Assembly (NCBI GenBank): GCA_000934665.2
Contig: KZ538538.1
Span: 1 to 63,630, forward strand
Direction of reading: 5' to 3'
DNA: 63,630 nucleotides
DNA from: Catajapyx aquilonaris
Lineage: Eukaryota
Positions 60,901 through 63,630 of this stretch are shown piece by piece. The position numbers and the translations under genes are program-made. How positions within the stretch are numbered: position 1 is the first letter of the stretch; each line of letters starts with the position of its first letter. The notes below the pieces were generated by a model. The model had not been told where the DNA came from, ran no database searches, and saw nothing but the letters and a program-made list of their open reading frames with translations.

Positions 60901-63237
60901 TCATGCCACAACCAATTATGATTAGTTTTTACCAGCTAGTAGCTAAATTCAACATTGCAGATACGCTCACATGTATTAAATCAAGGGGCCTGAACAAAAT
61001 AAACCATCAGCACTACTTCAGGTTACTTTTCATATCAAATTTTGCACATTACTGGCATGCAAGAAATTATGCTGAACCAATAATTCAGCAAATGCACACA
61101 CTGTTCAAGGTTGTAACTCGGTATCCCTTAGCATAACAAATACTGCTTTTGACAGCAATCTCATTGTGATTGTCAAATATTGGCAAAACATCAATCGTAA
61201 ATCATACAGGTGGTTCACATGTGCTCCGACATTTTTGAAAAACTGAGGAAACTTACAAACTCTACCCAGCCTGCAGGTAACATGCAGAAAACAATGCATT
61301 CGACGCACTACATGCCAGCACAAAAATATGGGCCCTGATTTAAACGATAGATTGCATGTCCCATACAAAAGGTTTTTTCTAACAGCATTTTATGACACAT
61401 CCAAGAATAGTACGGGTACGGTGCATAATCTCTGCCACATGGACATACACTGTGTCCCAAGCAACACTGAATACTAACAGGACATCAGTTATGGTGCATC
61501 GTCAGGGTATATGCTGACTTCTTCAATTGCTCTGTGCATTTCAAATACTGCCTCAACAACTTATATTATTACAAGTGCATAACAAGTGTAGCATTCTTAC
61601 GTGCAGTTATCTTTTCTTTTATGTTATGTGGCAAAAACTCTACACAATGAGCAGTGCGCAGCCCTGCCCAACGGGGTCTGCGACAATATTTGGAATAATG
61701 GCTGGACTATATTAGTCTGGTAAATATTCTAGCATCAATATTGACAGCTCTTCTCCGGTCCATTATTTTCATGCCAAAAAAGTCATAACGGAAAAGCCAA
61801 CAACATATATGCATTAAATTAGCTGCGAGTACCATGCAGTTACTAGGGATTATAAAAATGGTATATTGGACCAGATATCAAATGGATTCCGCAACAGCAA
61901 ATGGGCAAAAACCACTCGTCTAACGCAGTCATCCTAGAATGTCATGAGCATTTATATAATTTCGGACTTTGGAGGTTCATTGCTGTCTATTCCAGGAAAG
62001 TATCACACTGCGGCCTAAGCATGTCAGGTAAATCTCGCCACCAAAAATCAGCCTAATTGGCAAAATTTCATGCTACTATCGGAGCAATTCCCTGCATCGA
62101 ACTTCAAAAACCTCGGGGAAAGAAACCTGAGTTGGAATTCATACAAGCTATATAATTTTTATTCGCTGTTTTCATGCAACGTCACAAATTCAACCCCCTC
62201 CGATTCATGTGCTACGTTTTTGTTTCTTTGCCCTGAAACGTCACACACACATTAAAAGTAAACACACTCTGAATAAAGTATGGCAAACATTTCTGAACGG
62301 CGACCAACGCCGAATCAATTAAAAATCTGCAGGTGATGCTCGCAGCACGTAATCAGAACCATTATCTTAATTCCAGTTGATACAACCAGCGCCGGACTTT
62401 GAATTTACGTAAGTCTGGTCGGACTTTTCACCGACTGGTACCCCGTACTCAGAAACCATTCCCGGATTACGGAATCTAAACTATTTCTATTACTAATAAC
62501 GCAACGTTAGGGATTTAACGCTACAAATTACTACCGGTTAGTAGTTAATGAAGCTTAAATCATTTTGCCAATATGATAACCTGATGGTGTTGGCGACACT
62601 GTATGTCCTATTCCGGGCACAGTTTCCATTAAATATTTCTTAATGACATTTTCGTACAAACCCCGCTCTACAGGTACCTAGTGTTTCATATTTCAGAACA
62701 TTCCCAATGGAACATTCCCAAAATATTCATCCACAGGTGTCTCCCCCCCCCCCTCTCTGCAATCAGCTGACTTCCCCCCCAAAAAACAGGGTTCCGCCCC
62801 ACCCCCTAAAAAATGGACCAAGCCAGTCTCACACCCCCCTCCGGATTCCCTTTTTTTTTTTGTTAAAAAAAAATCACCTCCCTTTTAATCTAGATCAGGG
62901 TGGGGCCAAACCTTCCACCCATCCCGCCCAAAAAAGGGGTTCCTCTAACCCGCCTGCCCCTCTCTTCAACACGGCCCTGGAGTGACCCGCCCCACCTGGT
63001 GACGTCATTCCATTTTTTGGGCAAAAGATTCGGGCAGAAAAACCCGAACGGTCGAACAATCCCGGCATTAAAAAAATGTTTTTGCATGTTTTAATGGTGT
63101 GTGTGTGTGTCCGGGGCTGCCCCTGGTGTAGCCCAGTGCTTACCCGCGGCCAAGGGCACGTTCCTGGCCCATCTCTGCAGCTCCCGCTTGATAGCCCGTC
63201 GCTCCTGGACGCAACGAGCCAATGTGCACTCCGCCAT
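51926..63237 (-). CDS. E93: E93 / mblk-1 (LCOR-family) pipsqueak HTH transcription factor (~815 aa, 4 coding exons)
   Basis: Exons are 63237-63144 (MAECTLARCVQERRAIKRELQRW...), 58055-57895 (LERIAEEYMGLERWAKYQ...DPDEKCHFC, absent from the ORF track), 54488-54004 (CtBP motif PLDLS) and 53633-51926. Phases are 1, 0 and 2, totalling 2448 nt. There are two HTH_psq domains: YTEEELQAALRDIQSGKLGTRRAAVIYGIPRSTLRNKV and RPKRGKYRNYNRDNLMQAVRAVQRGEMSVHRAGSHFGVPHSTLEYKVKERHL. An LxxLL box (LPPLL) is also present. Confidence 0.95.
55576..55787. mobile_element. Tc1-like MITE in E93 intron 2
   Basis: TA|CAGTCCCGAACATAAAGTTGGAGA ... TCTCCAACGTTATGCTCAGTACTG|TA. Confidence 0.7.
56166..57288. mobile_element. 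1.1-kb branched foldback element in E93 intron 2
   Basis: Outer 26-bp TIRs TGTTAGGCTCAAACCCYGAAAACGGC lie at 56166-56191 and 57263-57288. They enclose two separate inverted repeats: ~56209-56298 with 56458-56545, and ~56544-56768 with 56968-57207. Confidence 0.85.
57399..57519. mobile_element. Short MITE-like inverted repeat
   Basis: TGGGTGGAATTTTTGTCTCACTGCTAGTTGCT and AGTAACTAGCAGTGGGACGAAAATTCCACCCA. Confidence 0.7.
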
Positions 63238-63630
63238 TTTTGCCCCTTCTCTCCCTTTTTCGGCGGAGGAGGGGGGTGGGGGAAGGGGGGGCGAGGGAGC
63301 TGGGCCGGCCCNGGAGGGGGGGGGTGGGGGAAGGGGGGGCGAGGGAGCTGGGCCGCCCCCCCTCTTCCCCCCTCCTCCCCTCCCTCCCCCTCCTGCTGAT
63401 GGCCCCCCTCCTCCTCCTCTCATGTTCGAATCGTGACGTCACTCGTCCTTACGGCACAACCTGTTGGTTGAACCGCCCGCTTCTTCTCTCCTCGTCCGGT
63501 CCCTCCGCCATGCCCTGTGCAACTACCAGGCCTCGTTTTGCAAAACCCTCCACCACACAGTGCAGCCTCTCCGTTTTTTCGGGGGTTGCATAAGGCGGAA
63601 TCGTTAGTGTCATCAGTTGGGGAGGGCTGG
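63238..63630 (-). promoter_or_regulatory. GC-rich 5' UTR / promoter region of E93
   Basis: CpG- and G-run-rich region upstream of AAAATGGCG(G). CRE palindromes TGACGTCA lie at 63434-63441 and, within intron 1, at 63000-63007. Confidence 0.5.

Noticed and set aside
63268..63358. ~45-bp G-rich tandem duplication and Gly/Pro-rich ORFs upstream of the E93 ATG
   Set aside because: The two copies flank a single N at 63312, so this is most likely a contig-join artefact.

Overview
This is eukaryotic genomic DNA with short GT-AG introns, most likely from an arthropod, judging by an E93/mblk-1 orthologue and a small-intron gene style. I could splice seven protein-coding genes by hand into open frames. 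They are ZCCHC4 (-), a type II membrane hexosaminidase D/GH20 (-) with an apparent ~23 kb spliced 5' leader, an unrecognised 695-aa signal-peptide protein ending in HDEL (+), ARL3 (-), RCCD1 (+), a CABCOCO1/CFAP119-like protein (-) and E93/mblk-1 (-), which probably has a ~8 kb 3' UTR. Non-coding DNA holds many MITEs and foldback elements, a tRNA-derived SINE head, a Helitron-like 3' end and microsatellites. It also holds an 8-copy dispersed repeat family carrying a CTCF-like motif, whose orientation flips near the inferred hexosaminidase promoter. There is no CRISPR array, rRNA or intact tRNA. I found no unambiguous new system. The best leads are the HDEL protein, the polarised CTCF-like repeats, the branched foldback element in the E93 intron and the miRNA-seed-rich E93 3' region. 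All family assignments come from motif recognition, not database searches.
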